Positions 29,605 to 40,911 of a stretch of DNA of 64,000 nucleotides are shown here, one piece after another (the first letter of the stretch is position 1; every line of letters begins with the position of its first letter). Source of the stretch: an uncultured Planctomycetota bacterium (GTDB lineage Bacteria > Planctomycetota > Planctomycetia > Isosphaerales > Isosphaeraceae); NCBI GenBank assembly GCA_963737655.1, contig CAVTTN010000002.1:2176001-2240000 (forward strand), written 5' to 3'. Under the pieces are notes generated by a model. It made no database searches. It saw only the letters and a list, made by a program, of their open reading frames with translations, and had not been told where the DNA came from. The translations under genes were made by a program, and so were the position numbers.

Positions 29605-31274
29605 ATCGGCACCTCGACATCGACCGTCTCGCGGTAGGCGCGGACGGATTCCTCGAACGGGTAGACGCGGAGCAGGTCCACCCCCTGGCGGCGGATCACG
29701 AACGAGGGGCGGCCGTGGGCTTCGAGCCACCAGTCGTAGGGGTAGTAGAGGCCCCGCCTCCTCTGGAGGACGTAATCCTCCTCGAAGGCGTCGAGGTCGG
29801 GGCCGAGGACCTTGACCGAGGTGGGGAGCTCGCCCCATTCGCGGAGGAAGCGGACGTTGATGAGATCGCTCGGGAACCGCAATTCCAGGTGGCGACGGGC
29901 GTTCTCGCGGCGGACCCACTCGAGGAACTCCGGGCCCATGGTGTCCCAGTAATACGTGATCTCGAAGCCGTGCCGCTCCGCCCCCTTCAAGCCGCCGATG
30001 GACGCATTGTAGTAGGAAAGCGTGTAGGGATAAAGCTGGACGATGCCGACCAGGCCCTCCAGCAAGGCGGCCCCGCCCACGACGGCCGCGATCACCCGGA
30101 ATCGGGTCCCGGCGAGCCTCTCGGCCAGCCTCCCGGCACCGATGCCGGCCAGGACGGCGAGGCTCAGGACGCTGGGGAGGAACATCCGCAGGCCGTCATG
30201 CCCGGGGGCGTTGGGCAGGGCGCGGACGACCATCAGCGTCAACCAACTGAACGCCCAGAGCGTCCCCTCGCGGTCGATCGGCCTCCTCGCGACGCTCGTC
30301 CCGATGCCGAAGAGGCCCAGCCCGAGGATTCCGAGGGGGACGGAGATGGCCGTCAAGACGATCGTGTTATGCCAGGGGAGCGAGAACGGATAGACCCGGC
30401 CGAGATAGAGGGTCGGGATCGGTTTGGTCAGGTCTCGGGTCAGGTTCGAGGCGAGGAAGCGGCGCGGGCCCTCGATCGGCGCGCCCCACCACGGGGGATG
30501 GATCGCGTAGAGCGTCAGCAACGCGACGGCCGCCCCGACGGCCAGGGCGAAGGTTCCCGGCGTGGGGCCGGTCGCTCGGGCGGCCCCGGGCAGGATCCGA
30601 ATCCTCGGGGCCCACTCGAACAGGGCGACCCAGAGCAGGGGAGCGGCCGGGGCGAAGAGGCCGGTGAACTTCGTCCCGGCGGCCAGTCCGAGCAGGACGC
30701 CCAACGGCAGGGCCCACCTCGGGTCCTCCACCGCCTTGAGGAAGGCGATCTGGGCGAGGAGCCAGAGGCAGGACATCGGCATGTCGTAATGAGCATAATG
30801 CGCCAGGGAGAACGCCTGGGGGATCGCCAGGATCGCCAGGGACCCGACCAGGCCGGCGAGCTTGCCCCGGCGGACGGCCAGGTGGTCGAACACGACCGCC
30901 ACGGTCAGCGCCGTCAGGAGCATCGGCCCGAAGCGATAGGCCGTCAGGGGGGCGAGGACGTGACGGGAGGCCGCCCATCCGGCCAGTCCCAGGAGGGCAT
31001 AGAACGACGGGTGTCCGTCCGGTTCCTCCCGGCTGAAGGGCCATCCCCGGGCCAGGGCACGTGGTGAAAATGCATCGGCCCTGCCGCCGGGCTGGCTCGA
31101 GTCGAAGGCCCGGACGAACCAGGAGGCGAGCTCTCGCTCGCGGCGGACGGTATGCCCCTCGTCCCAGGTGATCGCGTAGTCCGGGGCCGTGGCGAGCAAG
31201 GCCCCGAGGACCGCCAGGGTCAGGGCGGAGGCCACCGCGAGCCGGGCCCTGAGCTTCGTCCGTGTCACATCCAT
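29589..31274 (-). CDS. GT-C (ArnT/GT39-like) membrane glycosyltransferase
   Basis: ITWDE, GHP, GTKFTG, HDGLRMFLP; many TM helices; overlaps the convergent acetyltransferase by 16 nt. Confidence 0.75.
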   Translation of the reverse strand: MDVTRTKLRARLAVASALTLAVLGALLATAPDYAITWDEGHTVRRERELASWFVRAFDSSQPGGRADAFSPRALARGWPFSREEPDGHPSFYALLGLAGWAASRHVLAPLTAYRFGPMLLTALTVAVVFDHLAVRRGKLAGLVGSLAILAIPQAFSLAHYAHYDMPMSCLWLLAQIAFLKAVEDPRWALPLGVLLGLAAGTKFTGLFAPAAPLLWVALFEWAPRIRILPGAARATGPTPGTFALAVGAAVALLTLYAIHPPWWGAPIEGPRRFLASNLTRDLTKPIPTLYLGRVYPFSLPWHNTIVLTAISVPLGILGLGLFGIGTSVARRPIDREGTLWAFSWLTLMVVRALPNAPGHDGLRMFLPSVLSLAVLAGIGAGRLAERLAGTRFRVIAAVVGGAALLEGLVGIVQLYPYTLSYYNASIGGLKGAERHGFEITYYWDTMGPEFLEWVRRENARRHLELRFPSDLINVRFLREWGELPTSVKVLGPDLDAFEEDYVLQRRRGLYYPYDWWLEAHGRPSFVIRRQGVDLLRVYPFEESVRAYRETVDVEVPIYLRN

Positions 31275-31890
31275 GCCGTTCTCGCGTTCCTCCTGGGGCC
31301 GGATCGTCGGTCGTCTGAAAATAATCCTAGACATCCAATTCCCGGGGAGAAGAGTCGCCGGATCGCCGGTCCGTCGGATTTGCGGGACAGTCCCGGCCCG
31401 AACGGCCGAAAATTCCGGAAAAATCGGTCCCGATTGCCGAGGTTTTTTCGTGGAACGGCACGGCCCGATGGGGTAGGTTTGGCTCTGCGAAGTCCCTCAC
31501 GCGGTTTCCATCCGCTCGCCGTCCGGGCCGTTCCTCGCGATCGTGAATTTTTCCGGTGGGAACCCCTGGACAGGCGGAGAACAGACCTCTATAGTGCGGG
31601 ATTAGCGTCTTCGGCGATTTCTTCGCCTCGCCTTGTCCGTCCGAACGCAGAGAATTCCAGGGGAACGGCCCGAGATTCGGGGCTGGTGTCCCACGCCCGG
31701 TCGTGCGGGCGAGAGGCGGGAAGGTCGCATCCCCGGGGCATCCCGGCGTGATGCGAAACAGTCTTGAGCACATGCATTGCCGATATCACCGGGTCGTGCC
31801 GGTGATCCGGTCGAGGTGCGTCGTCGGCGATCGATCGATTTCCGGTGGCCATCGTCGATGAGTATTCATCTTCCGATCCAGGGGCCTCAC

Positions 31891-32130
31891 ATGAAGACGA
31901 TGACCAAGCTCGCGACCCTCTGCGCCGTCGGCCTGGGAGTGGCCGTCGGCCTGGCTGGCTGCGCCGAGGACAACGAGAAGGAGATGAAGAAGGGCGTGGC
32001 CGGCGCGCCCGCGGCCAAGGAGGGCGTCACCCCGCCGGACGCCCCGAAGTCGTCGAAGGAGGCGTACGAGAAGTTCAGCGGCAAGAACAGCCTGATGGAA
32101 AAGAACGCGAAGACGTACCGGCAGCAGTAA
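31891..32130 (+). CDS. Small lipoprotein
   Basis: AGGGG RBS; LAGC lipobox; 79 aa. Confidence 0.8.
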   Translation: MKTMTKLATLCAVGLGVAVGLAGCAEDNEKEMKKGVAGAPAAKEGVTPPDAPKSSKEAYEKFSGKNSLMEKNAKTYRQQ

Positions 32131-32355
32131 TCGCCCGCGTCCGGGCCCGCCGCGCCCTCCCCGGGGGGACGGACGGGGCCCGGTCCGGCTGACGGTCGGC
32201 CTCTTCGGGCGGCCCCTCGGGCCGCTCGCCTTGCACTTTCGGACGTCCGGGGCCCGGCGTGCCCTCTCCCTCACGCCGTGCCCCCGACCTCCGCGGGGGT
32301 CGGAACTCGGTCCATTTCTCTCTCTCCATTCTCTTCTTCCTCGGTGGGGGGTCCC

Positions 32356-33403
32356 ATGGTGCAGCGTCGTCGAGGTTTTACCTTGATCGAGCTGCTGGTG
32401 GTCATCGCGATCATCGGCGTCTTGATCGCCCTGCTCTTGCCGGCCGTCCAGGCCGCGCGCGAGGCGGCCCGTCGTGCCCAGTGCACGAACAACATGAAGC
32501 AGATCGGCCTGGCCCTGCACAACTATGTGTCGGCCAACGACTCCCTGCCGCCGGCCGGCGAGGCGTTCAGCAACGAGTACCCGGCCCTGGGCTGGGCCGC
32601 CGGGCGCAGAACTTCTCGATGAAAGTGCGGATCCTGCCGTACCTGGAAGGGACCAACGCCTACAACTCCGTGAACTTCAACGTCACGGCGATCTGGTCCG
32701 GCCCGGGCGGCAACAATCAGGTGGCCATCGACGGCTACAACATCAACTACACGATCCGTCACACCAAGGTCAACTCGTACGTCTGCCCGTCGGACACCAA
32801 CGACCCGGGCAGCGGCAATGACCCGCAGTCGCCGCCGACCAGCTACGGCGAGTGCCGCGGCCTGAACCGGTACAACTCCAACTGGGTGTACTCGGGGATG
32901 GCCTACTACCAGGGGCACGACGCGCCCGGGCCCAGACCCGCACCTTCGCCACGATCACCGACGGCCTCTCCAGCACGGCCGCCTTCAGCGAGTGGGTCAA
33001 GGGCCAGGGCCAGATGATCCGCTACGGCCTGAACATGGTCTGGTCGATCCCCAACGGCGTGACGACCTTCGCCCAGGGCACCGCCGGCGCCGACTACCAG
33101 CTCGCCAACCTCTGCCAGGCCACCAACGCCGCGTCCTGGGACTACAAGGGCGAAGTCTGGACCATCCAGCACTCCGGCCGCGGCGGAGGCTACTACCAGA
33201 TCCAGGCGCCCAACCGCAAGAGCTGCAACTGCTGCGACGACGACACGATCGTGGGCGCCAGCAGCAACCACCCCGGCGGCGTGAACATGCTGCTGATGGA
33301 CGGCTCGGTGAAGTTCGTCAAGAACGGCATCAACCTCAACACCTGGCAGTCGCTGGGCACGATCAACTGGGGTGAGGTCATCCCCGGCGACGCCTTCAAT
33401 TGA
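32356..33403 (+). CDS. DUF1559 protein (prepilin-type N-terminus, H-X9-DG C-terminus), frameshifts near 32603 and 32922
   Basis: [68 protein letters not shown]. Confidence 0.93.
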
Positions 33404-33423
33404 TCGTCGCGCCCGTCGTCCTC

Positions 33424-33491
33424 CGACCGGCCGCGGCCGGTCGCTTCGGCTGGGCCTTCTCCGGCGATGAGCCGGGGCGGGCCCGGCCGAA
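33424..33491. terminator. Tandem hairpins after DUF1559
   Basis: Perfect 20-bp palindrome cgaccggccgcggccggtcg, then ttcggctgggcc...ggcccggccgaa. Confidence 0.5.
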
Positions 33492-33531
33492 TTCGTCTCC
33501 GCCCCGGACCCCTCCGCCTCGGGACCCGCCC

Positions 33532-34623
33532 GTGGACCCCCTCGCACCGACCGCCCCGAGCCCGGCCGTCTCGGCCCTCTCGCGACTGGCCGCGATCGCC
33601 CGGCTCGTCGCGATCCTCGGCCTCGTCGCCCTGGCGGCCTGGCAGGCCCTGCGCCGCCCCGCCCGGGACGAGGCCCGCGCCGCCTTCGCCCGGAAGGACT
33701 ACGCCACGGCCCTTCGCCGGGCTTTGGACGATCTCGACGGCCATCCTCGGTCCGCCGAATCCGCCGGGCTCGCCGCCCGGTCGCTGAGCTTGCTCGTCTT
33801 CGCCGACGAGGCCGAGCCGTACTATCAACGGGCGGCTCGCGGGGGCCCCCTGGGCCTGCAGGCCCTCCGGGACCGGGCCGAGGGTCTGGTCCTCTCCAAC
33901 CGCCGCGATGCCGCCGTCGCCGCATGCCGGGAGATCCTCGACCGCTTCGGCGAGGACCCCACGGCGCTCCGCCTGATGTCCACCGTCCGGTGGACGCAGG
34001 GCCGGTTCGACGAGGCGGCCTCCGCCGCCGAACGTCTGTCCCGGACCGCCGAGGGCCAGAGGGTCGGCCTCGCCCTCCTTGGCGATATCCAGCACGAGGC
34101 CAAGCACCGCAAGGAAGCCGCCGCCGCCTTCGAAAAACTCCTGGCGATCGACCCGAAGCTGGAGACGGTGAAGTATCCGATCGCGGTCTTCTACCAGGGG
34201 TTCTCCGAGGACCTCGTCGCCATCGGCCGGGCCGACCGGGCCCGGGAAATCCTCGCCCCGGCCGTCGATCGCGACCCGGAGCCGGTCCTGCTGGACGCCC
34301 TGGCCGCCGTCGAGAAGACGCTCGGGCGGATCGACGAGGCCGAGGCGCTCTGGAGGCGGTCGGCCCTGGGCGACCCCGGCCGCCCGAACCCCTGGTTTCA
34401 GCTGGGGAGGCTCGCCCTGGGCCGCAGGCAATTCGCCGACGCCTCCGACGCCCTGGAAAAGGCCGACCGGCTGGAGCCGAACCGGTACGAGATCGTCTAT
34501 AATCTGGCGAGGGCCTACCACGGTCTCGGCCGGAAGGAGGACGCGAAGCTCCTGGCCGCCCGAGCCGAAGGGCTCCGAGGCGCCGAGCCCGAGCCGAGCG
34601 GAGGGATGGGCGCATCACCATGA
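33532..34623 (+). CDS. Membrane-anchored TPR protein
   Basis: N-terminal TM; TPR-like helices (WFQLGRLAL, YNLARAY); start uncertain. Confidence 0.8.
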   Translation: MDPLAPTAPSPAVSALSRLAAIARLVAILGLVALAAWQALRRPARDEARAAFARKDYATALRRALDDLDGHPRSAESAGLAARSLSLLVFADEAEPYYQRAARGGPLGLQALRDRAEGLVLSNRRDAAVAACREILDRFGEDPTALRLMSTVRWTQGRFDEAASAAERLSRTAEGQRVGLALLGDIQHEAKHRKEAAAAFEKLLAIDPKLETVKYPIAVFYQGFSEDLVAIGRADRAREILAPAVDRDPEPVLLDALAAVEKTLGRIDEAEALWRRSALGDPGRPNPWFQLGRLALGRRQFADASDALEKADRLEPNRYEIVYNLARAYHGLGRKEDAKLLAARAEGLRGAEPEPSGGMGASP

Positions 34624-36369
34624 GGATGATCGGACCTCGGGCCCTGGCCCTCCTCCTCGCCGTCCTGCTCGGCCCGATGGCCGGGTGCGGGTCGCCCGTC
34701 CCGGCCTCGCCGAAGGGTTCGACCGCATCGGCCGCCGCGCCGGCCCCGCCGGGCGAGCCGCCGAGCCTCCGCTTCCGCGACGTGGCCGAGGGTTCCGGGA
34801 TCGCGTTCGTCCACTCCAGCGGCTTCGACGCCATGAAGCATTTCCCGACCTCCTTCGGGAGCGGGATCGCCGTGTTCGACTACGACGGCGACGGCCGGCA
34901 AGACCTGTATTTCGCCTGCGCCCGCCCCCTGCCGCTGACCTCGCCCAACACGACGATGGGCAACCGGCTCTATCGCAACCTCGGCAACTTCCGATTCGAG
35001 GACGTGACCGAACGGGCGGGCGTGGGCTTCCGCGGCTTCTGCGACGGCGTGGCCGTGGGCGACGTCAACAATGACGGCAAGCCCGACCTCTACCTGACGA
35101 ACCTCGGCCCCAACGTCCTGTACCTCAACAACGGCGACGGCACGTTCCGCGACGCCTCGGCGATTTGCGGCGCCCTGGTCAACCTCTGGAGCCTCGGCGC
35201 GGCGTTCCTCGACTACGACGGCGACGGCCGGCTCGACCTCTACGTCTCGTGTTACGGCCAGTGGACCGAGGCGGGCCCTCACGAGTTCTGCGGGGACGTG
35301 AAGCGGAACATCCGGATCACCTGCTCGCCGTTCTCGATCCGTCCTCAGCGGCATTTCCTCTTCCGGGGGCGCGGCGACGGCTCGTTCGAGGAGACGACGG
35401 AGACCGCCGGAATCCTCCGCCGCGACGGCCGAGGGGCTCGCCGTGATCTCCGCGGACATCGACGGCGACGGCAAGACGGATCTCTACGTCGCCAACGACG
35501 GATGCCCGAATTTCTTCTTCCGCAACCGAGGCGACGGCACGTTCGAGGACATGACCGAAAGCTCGGGCGCGGCGCTCGACGCCTCGGGGTCGGTCCAGGG
35601 GAGCATGGGGGCGGACATCCAGGACGTGGACGGCGACGGCCGCCCCGAGCTGTTCGTGACGAACTTTCGCGGCCAGTACGACACGCTCTATCAGAATATC
35701 GACGGCCGGAACTTCCAGGACATCAGCGCCCGGGCCGGGGTCGTCAAGGATTGCCTGCCGTATGTGAAATGGGGCTGCGCCCTGGCCGACTTCGACAACG
35801 ACGGCTGGCCCGACCTGTTCGTCGTCAGCGGAGAAGTGGATAATAACCTTCGCGAGTTCGGCCAGGAAATCGACTACGAGCAGCCGGCGATGGCCTGGCG
35901 GAACCTCGGAGAAGGCAAGTTCGCGAGGGTCGCCGACCCGGGCCCGGCCTTCGCGAAGAATTACCCGGCCCGGGCCGCCGCCTTCGGCGACCTGGACGAC
36001 GATGGCGACCTGGACGCCGTGATCGGTGTGATGGACGGCAAGCCCGTGATCCTGAGCAACGAGTCGGCCAATCCCGGCCGGTGGGTCCGGTTCGCCCTGC
36101 AAGGCACCACGTCCAATCGCGACGCCATCGGCGCCTCGGTGGACGTTCGGGCCGGTGGCCGGCGGTTCCAGAGGTTGATCCGCGGCGGGGACAGCTATCT
36201 CTCGGTGAACGACCGGCGGGCGCTGATCGGGATTGGCGCGATCGACCGGATCGATTCGGCGGAGATCACCTGGCCCGGCGGGCGAAAGACCGTGTTGACG
36301 GCTCCCGAGGTCGGCAAGACGCATCGGGTCGTCGAGCCCCTGGCGGACCCGCAGGGGGAGCATCGATGA
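34620..36369 (+). CDS. CRTAC1-family lipoprotein (FG-GAP repeats plus ASPIC/UnbV), frameshift near 35435
   Basis: MAGC lipobox; several DxDxDGxxDL repeats; SNRDAIGA...GGDSYLS...WPGG. Confidence 0.9.
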
Positions 36370-37751
36370 CCGATCCGAACACCTCGTCCATGTCACCGTC
36401 GCCCACGCCCTCGACGGAAACGGCACCGTCCCCGGGCCGCCGTCGCTGGTTGTCGATCGTCGTCGCAATCCTGGCTCTCGCCGCGGGAGGATTGCTCGTC
36501 CGTCCGATCCTGAGGGCGCTCGGGCCGGCTCCCCCGCTCGCTCCCGGCTTGCGGCTGGTCGCCGAGGGGAAGTATCTCGAAGCCCGGCCGGAGCTGGAGC
36601 GTTACCTCGCCTACGACCCCTCCAACGTGCCGGCCGGGCTGGCGATGGCCGAGACGCTGCTGGCTTTGCCGGCCCTGGAACTGGCCGAGCCGACCCCGGA
36701 GGACATCGCCCGGAGGTCTCGCGAGGCGCTGGCGAGGCTCGCGGCGATCCGGCCGGCGGGCCGGCTCCAGATCGCCCATAGCCTGCTCCTGCGAGGCCGG
36801 GCGTTCGAGGCGATGGGGCAGCTTGGCCCGGCCGAGGAATCCTGGAACGCCGCGCTGAGGGCCGACCCGCTGGTCAGCGAGGCCGGTTGGCTCCTCCTCC
36901 AGCTTTACTACGGCGAGGGCCGGGAAGACGAGGCCCGCCGGCTCGGCCTGAGGCTCTCGACGATCGAGCCCGACCCTCGCGACCGAGTCCGGCTGATCCT
37001 GGAAGCGGCCCGGTACGACGCCGAGCCTCGGGCCGCGGCCGGAGTCCTCCGCGACCTGGGACCCGCCCATCTCGCCTCGCCGGAGGAACCGCATTCGGCC
37101 CTCGCCTACTTCCGCGCGATGGCCTCCGAGGGCAAGGACGTGGACGCGGCGATTGCCGGCCTCCGCGACCTGGTCGCGCGACGCCCCGACGACCTGGACG
37201 CCTGGGACGCGCTCTTCACCGCCCTCGGGAACACCGGTCACCTCGACCCGATGGGCCGGGAACTCGCGAAAGTCCCGAAATCCCTCGCCGAGGACCCGCG
37301 GATCGCCCGCCACCGAGGCCGCCTGGCGATGGATCGCGGCGAGTTCGCCGGGGCCGTCGCCGACCTCCGCAAGGCCGTGGCCGCACGACCTTCGGACATC
37401 GCCTCGCTCCATCGTTTGGGAGACGCCCTGAAGCTCTCCGGCCAGCTCGCCGAGGCCGAAACGGTCAAGGCGCGCGAGGCCGATTTCGAGGACGCCCGCA
37501 AGGCCCTCCGGGGGATCACCGCCACGAACCAGGAATCGGCCCAGTCCGTCGCCGGTCTGTTCTCGACCGCGATGAACAACCCCCGGCTCGGCCTGGTCCC
37601 CGATCTGGATCTCTACCGGAAGTTCGCCAACGTCCGCGAGCGAATGGGCCACCCCGACGAGGCCCTCGCCTGGCATCGGCTCATCCTCCAGGAATTACCC
37701 GAAGACCCAGAAAGCAAGGCGGCCGTCGCCCGGCTGGCTCCCGCTTCTTAA
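36366..37751 (+). CDS. Membrane-anchored TPR protein
   Basis: TM helix then TPR-like repeats; ends EALAW...P. Confidence 0.8.
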   Translation: MTDPNTSSMSPSPTPSTETAPSPGRRRWLSIVVAILALAAGGLLVRPILRALGPAPPLAPGLRLVAEGKYLEARPELERYLAYDPSNVPAGLAMAETLLALPALELAEPTPEDIARRSREALARLAAIRPAGRLQIAHSLLLRGRAFEAMGQLGPAEESWNAALRADPLVSEAGWLLLQLYYGEGREDEARRLGLRLSTIEPDPRDRVRLILEAARYDAEPRAAAGVLRDLGPAHLASPEEPHSALAYFRAMASEGKDVDAAIAGLRDLVARRPDDLDAWDALFTALGNTGHLDPMGRELAKVPKSLAEDPRIARHRGRLAMDRGEFAGAVADLRKAVAARPSDIASLHRLGDALKLSGQLAEAETVKAREADFEDARKALRGITATNQESAQSVAGLFSTAMNNPRLGLVPDLDLYRKFANVRERMGHPDEALAWHRLILQELPEDPESKAAVARLAPAS

Positions 37752-37778
37752 GAACGGGCCGTAGGGAAGCTCTCATCA

Positions 37779-37813
37779 CCCACTGCCCACTGCCCACTGC
37801 CCACTGCCCACTG
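37779..37813. repeat. Heptamer tandem repeat (CCCACTG)x5
   Basis: Five exact copies in the intergenic space. Confidence 0.95.
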
Positions 37814-37823
37814 TTTTCTGCCC

Positions 37824-39080
37824 ATGTCCACAATGCCGGCCACAACCGCCGTTGCCCCGTCCGCTCGGGCCTCTCGCCGGGTCCGCGGCGGGATTGCGCG
37901 GGTTGGTTCTTGGGCGATCCTGATCGCCCTGATCGTGGGGAATGCCTGGTTGTTCTGGCGAGACCGGCCGACCCTGGACCTGAAGACCCTGGGACGGCAG
38001 GTCGGCGGTCCTCAGAGCGCGGAGGCCGAATCGGAGCTTCGCCGGATCGTCCGCAAGTCGCCTCACGACGCCGACGCGCTGCTGCTCCTGGCTCGGGCCC
38101 TGGCGACCCGAGGTCAAACGGCCTCGTGCGCCGAGGTCCTGCATCGGGTGCCGTTCTGGTCGCCCCGCAAGGCCGAGGCGCTGTATGCCGAGATGCTCTC
38201 GTGGCTGGAAGCCGATCGCGCGCGGCTCTCCGAACAGGCCGCTCTGGACTACCTCGACGACGACCCGAACCATCCCTACCCCCGGCCGAACCGGGGGAAG
38301 GTCGAAGAGACGCTCCTGAACCTGTACGCGCTGGAGGATCGCTGGGACGACGCCCGCGATCTGATCTGGCGGGCGTACGACGCCTCCTCGGGGCCCTCGG
38401 GCCGTCAGTTGTGGACGATCCACGCGGCGCGGACCCACCTGGAACGCTCCAACCCCGCCGTGGCGATCCGGACGCTCCGGCGATACGTCGCGGCCGACCC
38501 CCAGGACTGGGAGGCCCGCCGGGCGCTCGCCCGAGCCGCCGACAAGATCGGCGAGGCCGCCGAGGCCGACTCCGCCATCGAGGCATGCCTCGCCGCCCGG
38601 CCGAATGACCCGAGGGTCTGGAGGGACCGGCTGGCGATCCTGGAAGCCCGGGGCGACCTCCCCGCGCTCGAAAAAGCCTCCGCCGGAGCCCCGCCCGAGG
38701 CCGATTCCGAGGGCGAAATCTGGATGGTCCGCGGCAAGCTCCATCGCCAGGCCCGTGACCTCGTGGGCGCCGTCGAGGCCTACCGTCGGGCCGTCGCCCT
38801 GTTGCCGAATCAGCCGTCGGCCCACTATCAACTCGCGCTTTCCGAGCAGGCGCTCGGCCACGTCCAGGCCGCCACGGCCCACCGGGCTCGTCACGCGTTC
38901 CTGGAAGGCCTCGCGGTGAAGTTCTCCGACGCCTTCAACGCCTTCCTCGATGCGGAAGAAGCCCGACCCCGCAAGCCCGAGGACGTGAAAAAGGCGGCCC
39001 TCCGCCTCTCGGACATGAGCCGGAACCTGGGTTGGACCCGAGAGGCCGACGCCTGGACCCGCCTGGCGGCCGAGGAATGA
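37824..39080 (+). CDS. Membrane-anchored TPR protein
   Basis: TM helix; TPR-like repeats (AHYQLAL); ends READAW. Confidence 0.8.
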   Translation: MSTMPATTAVAPSARASRRVRGGIARVGSWAILIALIVGNAWLFWRDRPTLDLKTLGRQVGGPQSAEAESELRRIVRKSPHDADALLLLARALATRGQTASCAEVLHRVPFWSPRKAEALYAEMLSWLEADRARLSEQAALDYLDDDPNHPYPRPNRGKVEETLLNLYALEDRWDDARDLIWRAYDASSGPSGRQLWTIHAARTHLERSNPAVAIRTLRRYVAADPQDWEARRALARAADKIGEAAEADSAIEACLAARPNDPRVWRDRLAILEARGDLPALEKASAGAPPEADSEGEIWMVRGKLHRQARDLVGAVEAYRRAVALLPNQPSAHYQLALSEQALGHVQAATAHRARHAFLEGLAVKFSDAFNAFLDAEEARPRKPEDVKKAALRLSDMSRNLGWTREADAWTRLAAEE

Positions 39081-39111
39081 AGTCTTCTCCGTCGATGCCA
39101 AAGGAGCGGCC

Positions 39112-40911
39112 GTGACGCCTCGGATCGGGATGGCCCTGGGGATGGGAGCGGTGGCCATCGCGGCCCTCGGGCTGTCGGCGGCCGTCGCCCTCCGCCCGGC
39201 CGGCCCGATGGCCCGGGCCCGATCGGCCGAGGCCCGAGGCGACTGGAAGACCGTGGCCTCGGCGACGGCCGAGAGGCGAAAGCTCGCGCCCGACGACCTC
39301 GAGGCCCAGCGGCTCGCGGCGCGGGCCTCGGCCCGGTTGGGCCGTCCGGCCGAGGCCCTTCGGCTTTACCAGTCGATCGGTCCGGAACATCGCAAGGCCG
39401 CCGATTTCCTCGCCATCGGCGAGATCCTGCTCGGGCAAGGGCGAGACGTCCTGGGCTGGGCCGCCCTCGAAGCCGCGAACCGCCTCGACCCGGCCGATCC
39501 GGCGGTCCGCGACGCCCGGACGAGCCTCCGCAGCCGCCTTGGAGGGCAGGGCGAGATCGTCCGGGTGGCCGATCGCCTGGCGGCCGTCCCCGGAGGCCCG
39601 CCCCTCGGGGAACTCGTCCTCGGCCTGGCCCTCGAGTCGCAGACGGATTCGAGCGACGATCCGGTCTTCGACGGCGTGGCCATCCGCGACCGAGCGTTCC
39701 TGGCGAAACGGGCCGATCCCCGGGCCGTCAGCCGGTTCCTCGCCCGGGTCCTCCTCGAAGCGGGCCGACCGGCCCAGGCCCGCGAGCGTCTCCTGGCGAT
39801 TTTGAAGGATGGAACCGATCCCGAGGCGTCCTGGCTCCTGAGCCGGGCGTCTCTCCAGGAGGGGGACGACGACCGCGCGGCCTCGGCCCTCGCCGCGTCG
39901 AAGGGGTTCGGCGCGGCCCATGCCCACGAGGCCGAGCCCGCCGCGTTCGTCGGCGCCCGCGCCTGCCGATCGTGTCACTCGACGATTTACGACCAGGAGC
40001 AATCGAGCCGCCACGCGACCACGCTCCGGCTCGGTCCCGAGATGGCGAGCGTCCCCCTGCCCGAAGGCGTCGTGACCGACCCGGCCGATCCCTCCGTGAC
40101 TCATCGCTTCAGCCGAGACGGCGAGAAGGTCCGCGTCGAGACGACCGCGAACGGGGAGACCTATCGGGCCCTGCTCGATTATGCACTCGGCTCCGGGCAT
40201 CGCGGGGTCACGATGATCGGCAAGGACGATCACGGGACGTTCCGCGAGCTGAGGATCTCGCACTACTCGGAGAATGGATCGGTCTGGGACATCACCAGCG
40301 GGTTCTCCGAGCATCCGTCGGACCCCCGCGAGTTCCTGGGCAAGGGGATGTCCGAGTCCGGCTTCCGCGACTGCATCCACTGCCACGCCACGAGGTTCCG
40401 CACGACGAAGGGGCGGACAGGCCCCGAGGCCGCCGATCGCGGGATCGGCTGCGAACGCTGCCACGGGCCGGGCGGAAACCACGTCCTGGCGATGGAACGA
40501 GGCTTCGGCGACCCCGCGATCGGCCGTCCCAAAGGCGCGAACGGGCCGGACCGCTCGGCCTCGTGCGCGGCGTGCCACAGCTCCGACGGCACGTTCCCGC
40601 CCACCGACCCGCAGTTCATCCGGTTCCAGTCCACCACGTTGCCGATGAGCAAGTGCTTCACGGCCAGCGGCGGGAAGCTCGATTGCGTGACGTGCCACGA
40701 TCCCCACAAGAAACTGGAGACGGCGGCAAGTGTTTATGAGAAAAAGTGTCTTGAATGCCACGCCGCCGGCAAGTCGCCCGAGCGGGTCGCGTGCCCCGTG
40801 GAGCCGTCTCGGGACTGCCTGAGGTGCCACATGCCGAAGGTGGAGGAGGTCGTCTCTCACACGTCGTTCACGGACCACCAAATCCGGGTCCACCCGGAGG
40901 GCCGGCGATGA
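39112..40911 (+). CDS. TPR-fused multiheme c-type cytochrome (7 CxxCH)
   Basis: CRSCH, CIHCH, CERCH, CAACH, CVTCH, CLECH, CLRCH; N-terminal anchor and TPR-like region. Confidence 0.92.
   Translation: MTPRIGMALGMGAVAIAALGLSAAVALRPAGPMARARSAEARGDWKTVASATAERRKLAPDDLEAQRLAARASARLGRPAEALRLYQSIGPEHRKAADFLAIGEILLGQGRDVLGWAALEAANRLDPADPAVRDARTSLRSRLGGQGEIVRVADRLAAVPGGPPLGELVLGLALESQTDSSDDPVFDGVAIRDRAFLAKRADPRAVSRFLARVLLEAGRPAQARERLLAILKDGTDPEASWLLSRASLQEGDDDRAASALAASKGFGAAHAHEAEPAAFVGARACRSCHSTIYDQEQSSRHATTLRLGPEMASVPLPEGVVTDPADPSVTHRFSRDGEKVRVETTANGETYRALLDYALGSGHRGVTMIGKDDHGTFRELRISHYSENGSVWDITSGFSEHPSDPREFLGKGMSESGFRDCIHCHATRFRTTKGRTGPEAADRGIGCERCHGPGGNHVLAMERGFGDPAIGRPKGANGPDRSASCAACHSSDGTFPPTDPQFIRFQSTTLPMSKCFTASGGKLDCVTCHDPHKKLETAASVYEKKCLECHAAGKSPERVACPVEPSRDCLRCHMPKVEEVVSHTSFTDHQIRVHPEGRR

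Noticed and set aside
31335..31890. ncRNA or ORF in the 550-bp divergent intergenic region
   Set aside because: Only short hairpins and ORFs with atypical composition; nothing identifiable without a covariance search
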